Shown here: piece after piece, positions 48,327 through 56,931 of the stretch
How positions within the stretch are numbered: position 1 is the stretch's first letter
How the letters are laid out: the number at the start of each line of letters is the position of its first letter
Translations under genes and position numbers: made by a program
NCBI GenBank assembly: GCA_017959965.1
Contig: JAGCZO010000066.1
Span: forward strand, 1 to 58,576
DNA length: 58,576 nucleotides
Direction of reading: 5' to 3'
Source of the DNA: Clostridia bacterium
Lineage (GTDB): Bacteria; Bacillota; Clostridia; UBA1212
Notes under the pieces: model-generated
Told to the model about the DNA's origin: nothing
What the model saw: the letters and a program-made list of their open reading frames with translations, nothing else
The model's database searches: none

Positions 48327-49256
48327 TTATTTCATCGCCCTTTTGATCTTTTCGGCAATTGCCGCTCCGTTCAATCCGAACAGCTCGAGCAGCGCGTCGG
48401 GCGTACCGGATTTTCCGAAGGTGTCCTCCATGCCGATCCTCAGCACCCTCGTGGGCCGTTCCTCCGAAAGGACCTCGCAGACTGCGCTTCCAAGGCCTCC
48501 GATTATGCTGTGCTCTTCGCAGGTCACGACAAATCCGGTCTTTTCGGCGCACCTCACGATCAGCTCTTTGTCGATAGGTTTTATCGAGAACATATCTATG
48601 ACTTTGGCTTTGATCCCGCTCTCAAGCAGTATATCCGCCGCCTTGAGGGACTGCTGGACCATGTAGCCCGCGGCAATGACAGCCACGTCATCGCCAAAGT
48701 CTCTCAGCACGATGCCCTTGCCTTTTTCAAACTGTCTGCCGGGTTCGTAAACGTCCTCAACGGAAAGCCTCCCGAGCCTGATGTAGAATGGGCCGTCGGT
48801 CTCTATGGCCGTCTTGACGCAGAACCTTGTTTCCTGAGCGTCCGAGGGGCAGAGGACCGTCATATTGGGCAGAGTGCGCATTATGGAAATATCCTCGATG
48901 CTCTGGTGCGAGGCGCCGTCGTCGCCCACGGTGATACCCGCGTGGCTGGCGCAGACCTTTACGTTGGCTTTGGGATAGCAGATCGAATTCCTGATCTGTT
49001 CATAGGCTCTGCTGGTTGCGAACACCGCGAAGCTGGAGGCGAAAACGATCTTGCCCGCCGCGGCAAGTCCGGCCGCCACTCCCATCATATTGGCTTCGGC
49101 AATGCCCATATTGAAATGTCTGTCGGGGTACGCGTCTTTAAAGACTGCGGTTTTTGTGGATTTCGAGAGGTCCGCGTCAAGGACGACTATTCTCTCGTCG
49201 CCGCCGAATTCCGCCAGGGCCTTTCCGTATGCGTCACGTGTAGCGCTTTTTCCCAT
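48327..49256 (-). CDS. Transketolase, C-terminal (pyrimidine-binding) subunit
   Basis: This is a 309-aa ORF with GIAEANMMGVAAGLA and CPSDAQET. It starts 2 nt after the N-terminal subunit gene. Confidence 0.92.
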   Translation of the reverse strand: MGKSATRDAYGKALAEFGGDERIVVLDADLSKSTKTAVFKDAYPDRHFNMGIAEANMMGVAAGLAAAGKIVFASSFAVFATSRAYEQIRNSICYPKANVKVCASHAGITVGDDGASHQSIEDISIMRTLPNMTVLCPSDAQETRFCVKTAIETDGPFYIRLGRLSVEDVYEPGRQFEKGKGIVLRDFGDDVAVIAAGYMVQQSLKAADILLESGIKAKVIDMFSIKPIDKELIVRCAEKTGFVVTCEEHSIIGGLGSAVCEVLSEERPTRVLRIGMEDTFGKSGTPDALLELFGLNGAAIAEKIKRAMK

Positions 49257-49258
49257 CT

Positions 49259-50125
49259 TCAGGCCTCCTCTCCGTCTGCGGATCCCTTTTCAAGGTCCGC
49301 GGCAAGCTTATCTATTTCTTTCAGAGCCTGCTCCGTCTGTTCCGCGTCCGGGGCAACGCCGTGCCAGGAAGCCTTGTTCTCCATGAAGGAAACGCCCTTG
49401 CCCTTGACAGTCCTTGCGATGATCGCCGTGGGCCTGCCCTTCACTTTTCTTGCCTCGGAAAAAGCCCTGTCGATACCGCCGAGGTCGTGGCCGTCGATCC
49501 CGATCACGTGCCAGCCGAAAGCTTTGAACTTGTCCCCGATGGGATTCGGATTCATAACGTCCTCCGTGGGGCCGTCGATCTGAAGGCCGTTGACGTCAAC
49601 TATTGCGCAGAGGTTGTCCAGCTTATAGTGAGCGGCGCTCATGGCCGCCTCCCAGACCTCCCCTTCTTCGCACTCGCCGTCGCCGAGGATCGTGTAGACT
49701 CTGTAATCTTTTTTGTCCAGTTTTCCCGCCAATGCAAGGCCCACCGCGTTCGATATGCCCTGGCCGAGGGAGCCTGTGGACACGTCAACGCCCGGAACCG
49801 TTCTCGCACTGGGGTGCCCCTCCAGGTAGCTGTCGACTTTTCTCAGCGTCTTCAGGTCTTCCTCAGGGAAGAACCCTTTGATCGCCAACGCGGCGTAAAG
49901 CGCAGGAGCGCAGTGTCCCTTTGACAGTACGAAGCGGTCCCTGTCCGGATCGTTTTTCCTCTCCGGGGACACGTTCATATCCTTAAAATAAAGCACCGTC
50001 ACCAGATCTGCTATCGAAAGAGAGCCTCCCGGGTGACCGCTTTTTGCGCAGGAGACCGAGACGATAATGTCCCGCCTGATGCGCGCCGCAATTTTCTTCA
50101 ATCTGAGGATTTCCTTACCGTTCAT
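49259..50125 (-). CDS. Transketolase, N-terminal (TPP-binding) subunit
   Basis: This is a 288-aa ORF with SGHPGGSLS, LSKGHCAPALY and GDGECEEGEVWEA. Confidence 0.92.
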   Translation of the reverse strand: MNGKEILRLKKIAARIRRDIIVSVSCAKSGHPGGSLSIADLVTVLYFKDMNVSPERKNDPDRDRFVLSKGHCAPALYAALAIKGFFPEEDLKTLRKVDSYLEGHPSARTVPGVDVSTGSLGQGISNAVGLALAGKLDKKDYRVYTILGDGECEEGEVWEAAMSAAHYKLDNLCAIVDVNGLQIDGPTEDVMNPNPIGDKFKAFGWHVIGIDGHDLGGIDRAFSEARKVKGRPTAIIARTVKGKGVSFMENKASWHGVAPDAEQTEQALKEIDKLAADLEKGSADGEEA

Positions 50126-50158
50126 GACTTGGGGTTCTTTCCTTTCGTGATCCAGATA

Positions 50159-50611
50159 TCAGAGATGCCCGTCTTTTTCGAGCTTTGTGATCATGTCCAC
50201 CCTGGTCTTGTGTCTGCCTCCCGCGAACTCACTGTCCGCCCAGGCGTCAACGATCATCTTGGCGGTCTCAATGCCAATGACTCTGGCGCCGAAGCAGATG
50301 ATATTGGCGTCGTTGTGCTCCTTTGACATCTTTGCGGAGTACGGCTCGCTGACGCAGGCGGCCCTGATGCCCCTGACCTTGTTCGCCGCAAGGGACATGC
50401 CCACTCCGGTGCCGCAGATCAGTATTCCTCCGTCGTAGCCTCCGCCGGCCACCTTGTTCGCCACAACGTCCGCGATCTCCGGGTAGTTGCTTTTTTCACG
50501 GTCGAAGGTACCGAAATCGTCAACAGAAAAGCCGCGGGATTCCAAATAGGCTTTTATGGAAAGCCTCATTTCATAACCCGCGTGATCACTGCCAATGGCA
50601 TATTTTTTCAT
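50159..50611 (-). CDS. rpiB: Ribose-5-phosphate isomerase B (RpiB/LacA/LacB family)
   Basis: This is a 150-aa ORF with IAIGSDHAGYE-like and ICGTGVGMSLAANK motifs. Confidence 0.9.
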   Translation of the reverse strand: MKKYAIGSDHAGYEMRLSIKAYLESRGFSVDDFGTFDREKSNYPEIADVVANKVAGGGYDGGILICGTGVGMSLAANKVRGIRAACVSEPYSAKMSKEHNDANIICFGARVIGIETAKMIVDAWADSEFAGGRHKTRVDMITKLEKDGHL

Positions 50612-50663
50612 ACAAGCCCCCGTTTCTCCCGCAACGCAAGCAGGCAGAGAATTAGCTGCGTTT

Positions 50664-50692
50664 ATTATATTATTTTAACCGTCTCTTTTCAA
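50664..50692 (-). promoter_or_regulatory. Sigma-70-type promoter for the rpiB-tkt operon
   Basis: The minus strand reads TTGAAA (50687-50692), a 17-nt spacer, then TATAAT (50664-50669). Confidence 0.55.
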
Positions 50693-50790
50693 CATAATTG
50701 AGCCCCCGCGGGGAAGTTCCGCCGGCCTTGGAAAAGGGGCGGCGCGACGCGCGGTTTTTCGTATTTTTACACTGTCCGGTGAGAGCTCGT

Positions 50791-50819
50791 TTGACAAAAA
50801 CCTTGCGCAATTCTATAAT
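50791..50819 (+). promoter_or_regulatory. Consensus sigma-70-type promoter for the metallophosphoesterase gene
   Basis: TTGACA (50791-50796), a 17-nt spacer, then TATAAT (50814-50819). Confidence 0.6.
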
Positions 50820-50898
50820 GTGACTGTACTTAAAACGTTTAGACCCCGCGGGACCCTCCCCGGAAACCGTAAAAAAGATCACGGAGGCACCAAGGCCT

Positions 50899-52317
50899 AT
50901 GAACAAAAAAAATCTGATCATATTCCTGATCGTAGTTCTCGCTGCTGCGGCCGTTGCCGCGGCGGTAATAATTGCCGTTAGCATTGCCGGGAAAGGACCG
51001 GGACCCGTCGATCCGGCCGAGACCCCGGAAGAGACTGCCGAGTCTGAGCTTCCGGAGCGCTTTGGCGATTTCTCTTCCGTTTCTCTTACCATCGGCAATG
51101 ATCCCAGGACCTCCGCCAACATCACCTGGCAGGCCATTGAGACCGGCCTTTCCGGATACGTCAGCTATTACGAGAAATCAGCCGACGCCGGCAGCGCAGT
51201 CAAAGTGGAGTCCGTTGTCGAGGACGAGAAGTTCGGGGTCCCCGTGGACGGGCAGTACGAGTTCAAAAACCCTCAGCTTGAGGAGATCCCCGGACAAGTA
51301 CACAGAGTTTATCTCACGGATCTGAAGCCCGATACGGAGTACGTTTATACCGTCGGCTACGAGGGCGGCCCTGCCTGCGCCGAACGCAGCTTCAGAACAG
51401 CCTCGGAAAGCACGGAATTCAGCTTCATACTCGTTGCCGATACCCAGGGCTTCACCAAAAGGAATTTCGACGTATGGGAGAATCTGGCGGGTCTTGCGGC
51501 TGAGCAGTGCCCGGATTTTGACTTCGTGATCCATATGGGCGATGCGGTGGAGGAAGGCAAGAACCACTATCAGTGGCAGCTCTACTTCAATGCGGCGGAA
51601 AAGCTCACGGCGGGGAAGCAGGTGGTCGACGTTGCCGGCAACCGCGACAAGAGGCACACCCTCCTGCGCTACACCAACGGTGCGGCCGACAACAGAGCGG
51701 CTCTGGTTTCCGGCTACTATTCCTTCGACTGGGGCAACGTCCACTTCGCGGTCCTCAACACCAACGACGGTGACAAGGATCTTCCGAAATCCCAGCTCAA
51801 ATGGCTCTCCAACGACCTCAGCGCCGCAGAAGGCAAGACAAAGATCATTCTGATGCACAAGGCCCCTTACACCAACACGAACCATTGCATGGACTCCGAG
51901 ATAGTTCAGATCCGCGCCCAGATCCTTCCCATCGCTGAGCAGTACGGCGTCAAAGCGGTGATCTGCGGCCACGACCACTATTTCTTCAGGTCCCTTCCCA
52001 TAGACGGCGAGGGAAACGAAGTTTCATATGAAAAGACCTCCGTCAGCATCGGCGGCACCACCGCCGACATGTTCCGCTCAAACGGCACGGTCTATTTCGT
52101 CAACGGCTCCGCCGGCGTCAAGCAGCACGACGATCCCATAACCAACGCCTTCCCCGCCAAGACCGCCAAGGCCAGCCTCATGAAAGGTCCCTCGTTCTCA
52201 TACGTGACCGTTGACGCCGGGAAGATAGTTGTTTACACCTACGTTTGCGAGAACAATACCCTGAAGCTGTTCGACGCTTTCGGGATCTATCTGGATGCGA
52301 TCCAAAGCGGCTCCTGA
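50899..52317 (+). CDS. Membrane-anchored metallophosphoesterase (purple-acid-phosphatase-like, with N-terminal FN3-like domain)
   Basis: This is a 472-aa ORF with an N-terminal TM segment. The sequence TWQAIETGLSGYVSYY...HRVYLTDLKPDTEYVY resembles the PAP N-terminal domain. Calcineurin-like motifs are ADTQG, HMGDAVEEG, AGNRD, MHKAPY and CGHDH. Confidence 0.8.
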   Translation: MNKKNLIIFLIVVLAAAAVAAAVIIAVSIAGKGPGPVDPAETPEETAESELPERFGDFSSVSLTIGNDPRTSANITWQAIETGLSGYVSYYEKSADAGSAVKVESVVEDEKFGVPVDGQYEFKNPQLEEIPGQVHRVYLTDLKPDTEYVYTVGYEGGPACAERSFRTASESTEFSFILVADTQGFTKRNFDVWENLAGLAAEQCPDFDFVIHMGDAVEEGKNHYQWQLYFNAAEKLTAGKQVVDVAGNRDKRHTLLRYTNGAADNRAALVSGYYSFDWGNVHFAVLNTNDGDKDLPKSQLKWLSNDLSAAEGKTKIILMHKAPYTNTNHCMDSEIVQIRAQILPIAEQYGVKAVICGHDHYFFRSLPIDGEGNEVSYEKTSVSIGGTTADMFRSNGTVYFVNGSAGVKQHDDPITNAFPAKTAKASLMKGPSFSYVTVDAGKIVVYTYVCENNTLKLFDAFGIYLDAIQSGS

Positions 52318-52357
52318 CCGCTCCCTTAGTATAGCTTTTCACCCGGATCTAAAATAC

Positions 52358-52390
52358 GGGGCCGCGCGTCGGTTCGCACGGCCCCTTTTT
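52358..52390 (+). terminator. Rho-independent terminator between convergent genes
   Basis: The stem ggggccg (52358-52364) / cggcccc (52379-52385) is followed by TTTTT. An A-rich tract lies upstream. Confidence 0.65.
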
Positions 52391-52430
52391 CATTGGCGTT
52401 ATTTGTTTTTACAACAGTTCTTTTTTCTCC

Positions 52431-53516
52431 TCAGCCTGCGGAAAACGTCACCAGCGTTGAATAAGAATCTCCGTTCATTATCGTATTCACCGTGCCGGTA
52501 TCCTCGCCTTCCATCCTGGTCACGAGTCCTCCTGACAGCTTCTGCGGAGTTATGAAATAAATGCCTATTTCGTCGTAGGAATCGTAGATCATGACGGCGC
52601 CTTCGGCTCCCGAGACCTTGAGGGTAACGTTTTTGTCCACCATCAGGCAGCTTCTGCTGTCCTCCGCGTTCAGGAGTATACCGTAGGGATGTTCGTTGTT
52701 CTCGTTAACGGTAAGACTTCCGCTTCCGACAAATGTGACGCTGCCGCCGTACATTGCCCCCCAGACGGTGATGGAGCCCAGCTTGTTGTCGCCGATAAGC
52801 TTGATCTTAAAGCCGTTGCCCAGAAGATTCGCGTCAAGGGAAAGGTCCTCTCCGGAGAAGTTTTCCAGCGTCAACGTATTCGAGGTCTTGTCGTAGGTGC
52901 AGCCCGGAAGGTTGTTCTCCACGACTCCCTGGTTTCTGTAATAGCCGCCGGCCTCAAGGAAGGTCGCATCGTTGTCGGACGTGACCATTCTCAGGTATTC
53001 CTCTGAAGTGTCCGGGGATTGATCTGCCCAGGCGTATTCTCCGTTGAAATCGGGGTCAAGATTCTCCAGCTTCGGGAACGAGCGCACCGATCCGGTCTCA
53101 CCTGCAGACGGGTCGTCAGAGCCCCGGGGATCGTCTTTGCCCCAGGGATCCTTATCGGGATTTTCCTCTCCCATGATGGCTTCCCAGATGAAGTAGTCCT
53201 CGCTCTCGCCAAGGACATCCTTTCCCAGGAGATCGATCCCCAGAGACGCCGTCAACACCGACGTGGCGGCCACAACGGTCAGGAGCGTCTGAAGAGCAAG
53301 CTTGATCTTTTGCTTGCGCTCAAAATCAGCTCTTCGTCCCCGTTTCTCCTGCTTCTCCTGTTCTGCCTGAGCAGGCGCTTCTTCACTGTATTCGAAAGCC
53401 CTGACGTCCTCGTCGGCTTCGGTCAGCTCTATCGGCGCGTCGCTTGTTTCCTTTGGCATGCGATATTCGGTTTCCTTGTTCGGAGCGTTATACTCCGAAT
53501 CCCAAAAGTCGGACAA
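52431..53516 (-). CDS. Hypothetical single-pass membrane protein (acidic cytoplasmic N-terminus, beta-rich ectodomain); TTG start
   Basis: This is a 361-aa ORF. The only start directly after the upstream in-frame stop is TTG at 53514-53516, with a GGAGGAGG SD about 9 nt upstream. The TM segment is LALQTLLTVVAATSVLTASLGIDLL. I recognise no family. Confidence 0.6.
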   Translation of the reverse strand: MSDFWDSEYNAPNKETEYRMPKETSDAPIELTEADEDVRAFEYSEEAPAQAEQEKQEKRGRRADFERKQKIKLALQTLLTVVAATSVLTASLGIDLLGKDVLGESEDYFIWEAIMGEENPDKDPWGKDDPRGSDDPSAGETGSVRSFPKLENLDPDFNGEYAWADQSPDTSEEYLRMVTSDNDATFLEAGGYYRNQGVVENNLPGCTYDKTSNTLTLENFSGEDLSLDANLLGNGFKIKLIGDNKLGSITVWGAMYGGSVTFVGSGSLTVNENNEHPYGILLNAEDSRSCLMVDKNVTLKVSGAEGAVMIYDSYDEIGIYFITPQKLSGGLVTRMEGEDTGTVNTIMNGDSYSTLVTFSAG

Positions 53517-53558
53517 TTGTCATCGCCTCCTCCCGTAAAAGGTGCAGGAATACCGCAG

Positions 53559-54461
53559 TTATTTTACCGGTATATTGTGAACATCCACCTGCGGGAACGG
53601 GCACTCCACGCCAAGCTTCTTGAATCCGAGGAGAAGATCATGGTTCAGAGTTCTTGCTCCGCTGAAAATATTCTTTTCGTCAACTTCCGCCACAAACTTC
53701 ATGACAACACCGCTGTCAGCAAGCTCGTTGATGCCGAGATACGTGGGCGCGGCTTTAAAAACATCCGATCTCTGTTCGAAGATCTCCTGAAGGAGTCCGG
53801 GGATCTCCTTTTCAAGCTTTTCGAAGTCCGTGCTGTAAGGGACCGCGATCTCGCAGATACTGCGGGAGGGCTTGTCGGAACGGTTGAGTATATTCTTCAT
53901 ATCCGAGTTGTTCACGATCTTTACGTTTCCGCCCGGATCCGTGATGCAGGTGGTGCGGAGACCTATGCTGGTCACTGTTCCGCGGAAGCCCGCCACCTCA
54001 ACGATATCGCCAACGTTGTATTGGTTTTCAAATATCATGAAAGCGCCCGTGACCATATCGGCAATGAGACTCTCGGCGGAGAAGCCCAGGATCAATGCGA
54101 CGATGCCGACGCTGGCGACGATGGTTGACACGTTGACGCCGATGATCGAAAGTCCCCAGCAGAGGATCACGATAGCCGCAATGTACTTGAGCATGCTCGC
54201 CAATATCGACAGCACGGAGCGCACTCTGTGGTTCTTCGGCTCAGGCAGCCCCAGAAGGAAAACGAGCAGCGTTTCCAGGGCAAGGACGCCCGCGATCATT
54301 ATGATCAGCTGCAGGAATATCGTCAGGTTAAACTGCACTCCGTTGAAAAAGCCTGCTCCGGAGAAAAGGTTTGTGAGAAACCCCAGCGGAATAAGGACCG
54401 CAATAAGACCCACGCAGATCGCCAGCCTGATTATCCATGATTTCTTAAATTTTTGCTTCAT
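53559..54461 (-). CDS. Mechanosensitive ion channel (MscS family)
   Basis: The ORF is 53559-54512. I placed the start at ATG 54459-54461 (GGGAGGA SD). It has 3-4 TM helices followed by FENQYNVGDIVEVAGFRGTVTSIGLRTT. Confidence 0.85.
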   Translation of the reverse strand: MKQKFKKSWIIRLAICVGLIAVLIPLGFLTNLFSGAGFFNGVQFNLTIFLQLIIMIAGVLALETLLVFLLGLPEPKNHRVRSVLSILASMLKYIAAIVILCWGLSIIGVNVSTIVASVGIVALILGFSAESLIADMVTGAFMIFENQYNVGDIVEVAGFRGTVTSIGLRTTCITDPGGNVKIVNNSDMKNILNRSDKPSRSICEIAVPYSTDFEKLEKEIPGLLQEIFEQRSDVFKAAPTYLGINELADSGVVMKFVAEVDEKNIFSGARTLNHDLLLGFKKLGVECPFPQVDVHNIPVK

Positions 54462-54605
54462 TTTGTCCTCCCGCCGCTTCGCGGCAATAAAAAATATCGC
54501 ATTCCGGACCATTTTGCGTTATGAAAAGTCGCGGCGGTCCGCTTCCGTTTTTATAAATATTTCCGGCAAAGCTCCGGCCTTCGGATACCGCCTGAGCCGC
54601 CAGTT

Positions 54606-56579
54606 TTAATCGTAGTCGTCTCCTCCGAACATGGAGCTGTTGTCCTCGTCCTCGCTTCCGAAGCTCACGTCAAGCTCGTCCCTGTCACGGTCGACCTCGG
54701 GTACGATCACTTTCGGGATCTCTTCCTCCTGCTCCTGCGGGGAAGTCCCGTTTTCGTCTCCGTAGCCTCCGCCGTCTTCTTCCTCTTCGTATTCCGTGCC
54801 GTCATCCGAATATACTTCGTTTGGCTCGTATCCGGTCCTGTCGACAGCGGGTCTCTCAGTCCCGAAGTTTTCTTCCTCCGGAGCGGCGTCCTGCTCAAGT
54901 CCTTCCACTTCGAATGAAATACCGTTTGTCTCTGCAAACTCCGCAATGATCTCAGCGGTATCCTGAGCTTCCCCCTCAGGGCCCTCCGATCCCGCTATAA
55001 GATCCGGCGCCTGCTCGTAAAAATCCGCGGCGGGCATTGGCTTTACGCTGAGCCTTCTGTTGAATACTCTGGCCGCCGCAGCGGTGAGAACGTCCTTCCT
55101 TTTTCCGTCGGTAACAGGCTTTACGTCCCGGAGATCCCCAAGGACTATGTAAAGGCTGTTCCCGATAATATAGGTGTTTTCCCCTCTTGTGGAAAGGATG
55201 CCCGCGACCCCCGGGAAGCTTTCCCTGACTGCCGCCAGGTATTCCGTCCAGATCGCATTGTCGACCGGAGTCAGGGACGACAGAACGTCCCGGGTAAGCT
55301 CCGGTTCCTCCTCAGCCTCGCTTGCGGCGGGCTCTCCGGGTGCCTCCGTTTTCTGCTCAGTTTCCACCGTACCTGCAGTCTGCTGCACCGCGACGGTCTG
55401 CCCCGGCGCGAGTCTGAGCCCGTTGTTCACCAGGTCGGCGACGTTCTTCTCAAGAGTCTCGACTCTGTCGGCAATATCTGTCTCCCTGGTCCAGGTCCTG
55501 TCGCACAGGGAAAGAAGTCCCGCCTCAAAAACAATTTTTCTCTGGATGGACCACTTCAGCCTGTTCTCAAGGGACGAAAGCTCCTTGATCAGCATGGTTA
55601 TTTCTTTTGTGCTGGTAAAAGAGGCAAGCCTCTTCAGCCTTTCGATCTCCTTTTCGCTTTCGTAAAGGAACTGTTTCGCGTTTCTGGTGGAAAGGCAGAT
55701 CATTATGCTTCTTAAAACGCCAATGATCTCAGAAATGAAATTGGAGGGATCCGCTCCGGACGCAAAGACCTCGTCCGTGAGAGTCAGGATCTTGAACCCG
55801 TCTCTGGCCAGCAGCGCTTCCGTGAAATCCTCAAGCATGGCGCTGTCAGCCGCGCCCGACGCTTTTCTTGCGTCCTGAAGGGTTATCCTGCCCTCGGAAA
55901 AAGCTATGGTCTGGTCCAGCAGACTGATGGCGTCTCTCATGCCGCCGTCCACCTTCCCGGCAATCAGTCTCAAAGCCGCGGTCTCGTACTGAAGTCCTGT
56001 TTTCTCGCAAATTTCCTCAAGTCTCTTGACGATACCGTCCCTTGAGATGCGCTTGAAATTGTATCTCTGGCAGCGGGAAAGTATGGTGACCGGGATCTTC
56101 TGAGGCTCCGTGGTCGCCAATATGAATACCACCTTCTCCGGCGGCTCCTCAAGAGTTTTGAGCAGCGCGTTGAAGGCCGATATCGAGAGCATATGTACCT
56201 CGTCAATGATAAACACCTTGTACTCGGCTCTGGATGCCTGGTAGCTGCTGACGTCTATTATCTCGCGTATGGCGTCGATCCCGTTGTTTGAAGCGGCGTC
56301 GATCTCCGCAACGTCAAGCATACTGTCGCTTAGTATGCTGCGGCAGATCTCGCACTGGTTGCAGGGATTCCCGTCCACCGGGTTCAGACAGTTTATAGCT
56401 CGTGAAAAGATCTTGGCAACGGAGGTCTTTCCCGTTCCTCTTGTGCCCGAGAAAAGATAAGCATGGCCGATGCGCCTGCTTTTGACGGTGTTTTTCAGTA
56501 TAGTGACAACTGTGTCCTGTTCGACGACCTCGTCAAAGGTCATCGGTCTCCACTTTCTGTACAGTGCTATATAATCCAT
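54606..56579 (-). CDS. dnaX: DNA polymerase III subunit tau/gamma
   Basis: The ORF is 54606-56663, and its upstream part overlaps the SRP RNA. I placed the start at ATG 56577-56579 (MDYIALYRKWRPMTFDEVVEQ). Motifs present are GTRGTGKTS, the Zn module CNQCEIC, and IIDEVHML. The C-terminal tail is acidic. Confidence 0.93.
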   Translation of the reverse strand: MDYIALYRKWRPMTFDEVVEQDTVVTILKNTVKSRRIGHAYLFSGTRGTGKTSVAKIFSRAINCLNPVDGNPCNQCEICRSILSDSMLDVAEIDAASNNGIDAIREIIDVSSYQASRAEYKVFIIDEVHMLSISAFNALLKTLEEPPEKVVFILATTEPQKIPVTILSRCQRYNFKRISRDGIVKRLEEICEKTGLQYETAALRLIAGKVDGGMRDAISLLDQTIAFSEGRITLQDARKASGAADSAMLEDFTEALLARDGFKILTLTDEVFASGADPSNFISEIIGVLRSIMICLSTRNAKQFLYESEKEIERLKRLASFTSTKEITMLIKELSSLENRLKWSIQRKIVFEAGLLSLCDRTWTRETDIADRVETLEKNVADLVNNGLRLAPGQTVAVQQTAGTVETEQKTEAPGEPAASEAEEEPELTRDVLSSLTPVDNAIWTEYLAAVRESFPGVAGILSTRGENTYIIGNSLYIVLGDLRDVKPVTDGKRKDVLTAAAARVFNRRLSVKPMPAADFYEQAPDLIAGSEGPEGEAQDTAEIIAEFAETNGISFEVEGLEQDAAPEEENFGTERPAVDRTGYEPNEVYSDDGTEYEEEEDGGGYGDENGTSPQEQEEEIPKVIVPEVDRDRDELDVSFGSEDEDNSSMFGGDDYD

Positions 56580-56655
56580 AACGATATGCTCCGGTAAAAG
56601 CGGTCTTCCCGCAGGCATTTTCCCCTGCGGCTTGAGTAAACGGTTTGAAAATTCC

Positions 56656-56795
56656 AAAAACAAGCTCTTGCGGGGAAGCAGCCGGTTTTATCATGTCACA
56701 CGAAAGGGTTTGCTTACCGCTGCTTCCTTCCGGACCTGACGGGGTTCACAAAATTTCATTGCATGAGAACCGGCTACCCCCGCAAGAGCTTGTCC
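56656..56795 (-). ncRNA. ffs: Signal recognition particle RNA (small/4.5S-like form)
   Basis: The minus strand contains GUCAGGUCCGGAAGGAAGCAGC, the universal SRP domain IV motif with a GGAA tetraloop. A 15-bp terminal helix, caagctcttgcgggg / ccccgcaagagcttg, closes the molecule and is followed by UUUUU. The position immediately upstream of dnaX matches the Bacillus scr-dnaX arrangement. The exact 5' end is uncertain. Confidence 0.88.
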
Positions 56796-56816
56796 ATGCG
56801 GATCTGACCGCATGAA

Positions 56817-56845
56817 ATGATATCATTTTTTCGATCTTATGTAAA
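56817..56845 (-). promoter_or_regulatory. Sigma-70-type promoter (extended -10) for ffs(-dnaX)
   Basis: The minus strand reads TTTACA (56840-56845), a 17-nt spacer ending in TGA, then TATCAT (56817-56822). Confidence 0.5.
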
Positions 56846-56931
56846 GATTTCGGTCTCTCCGGATCATTTCCGGGAAATGGGGCATCCTTTTCCACGCCGC
56901 GAGCTTCTTTTTAAGACCTCTCAGGATCGTC

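Noticed and set aside
54606-56579. A programmed -1 frameshift site in dnaX (an E. coli-type A AAA AAG heptamer that would produce gamma).
   Set aside because: Scanning the gene by eye, I saw no run of six or more A followed by G in the sense strand. Only short A5 runs occur, in non-slippery frames. A frameshift cannot be claimed.
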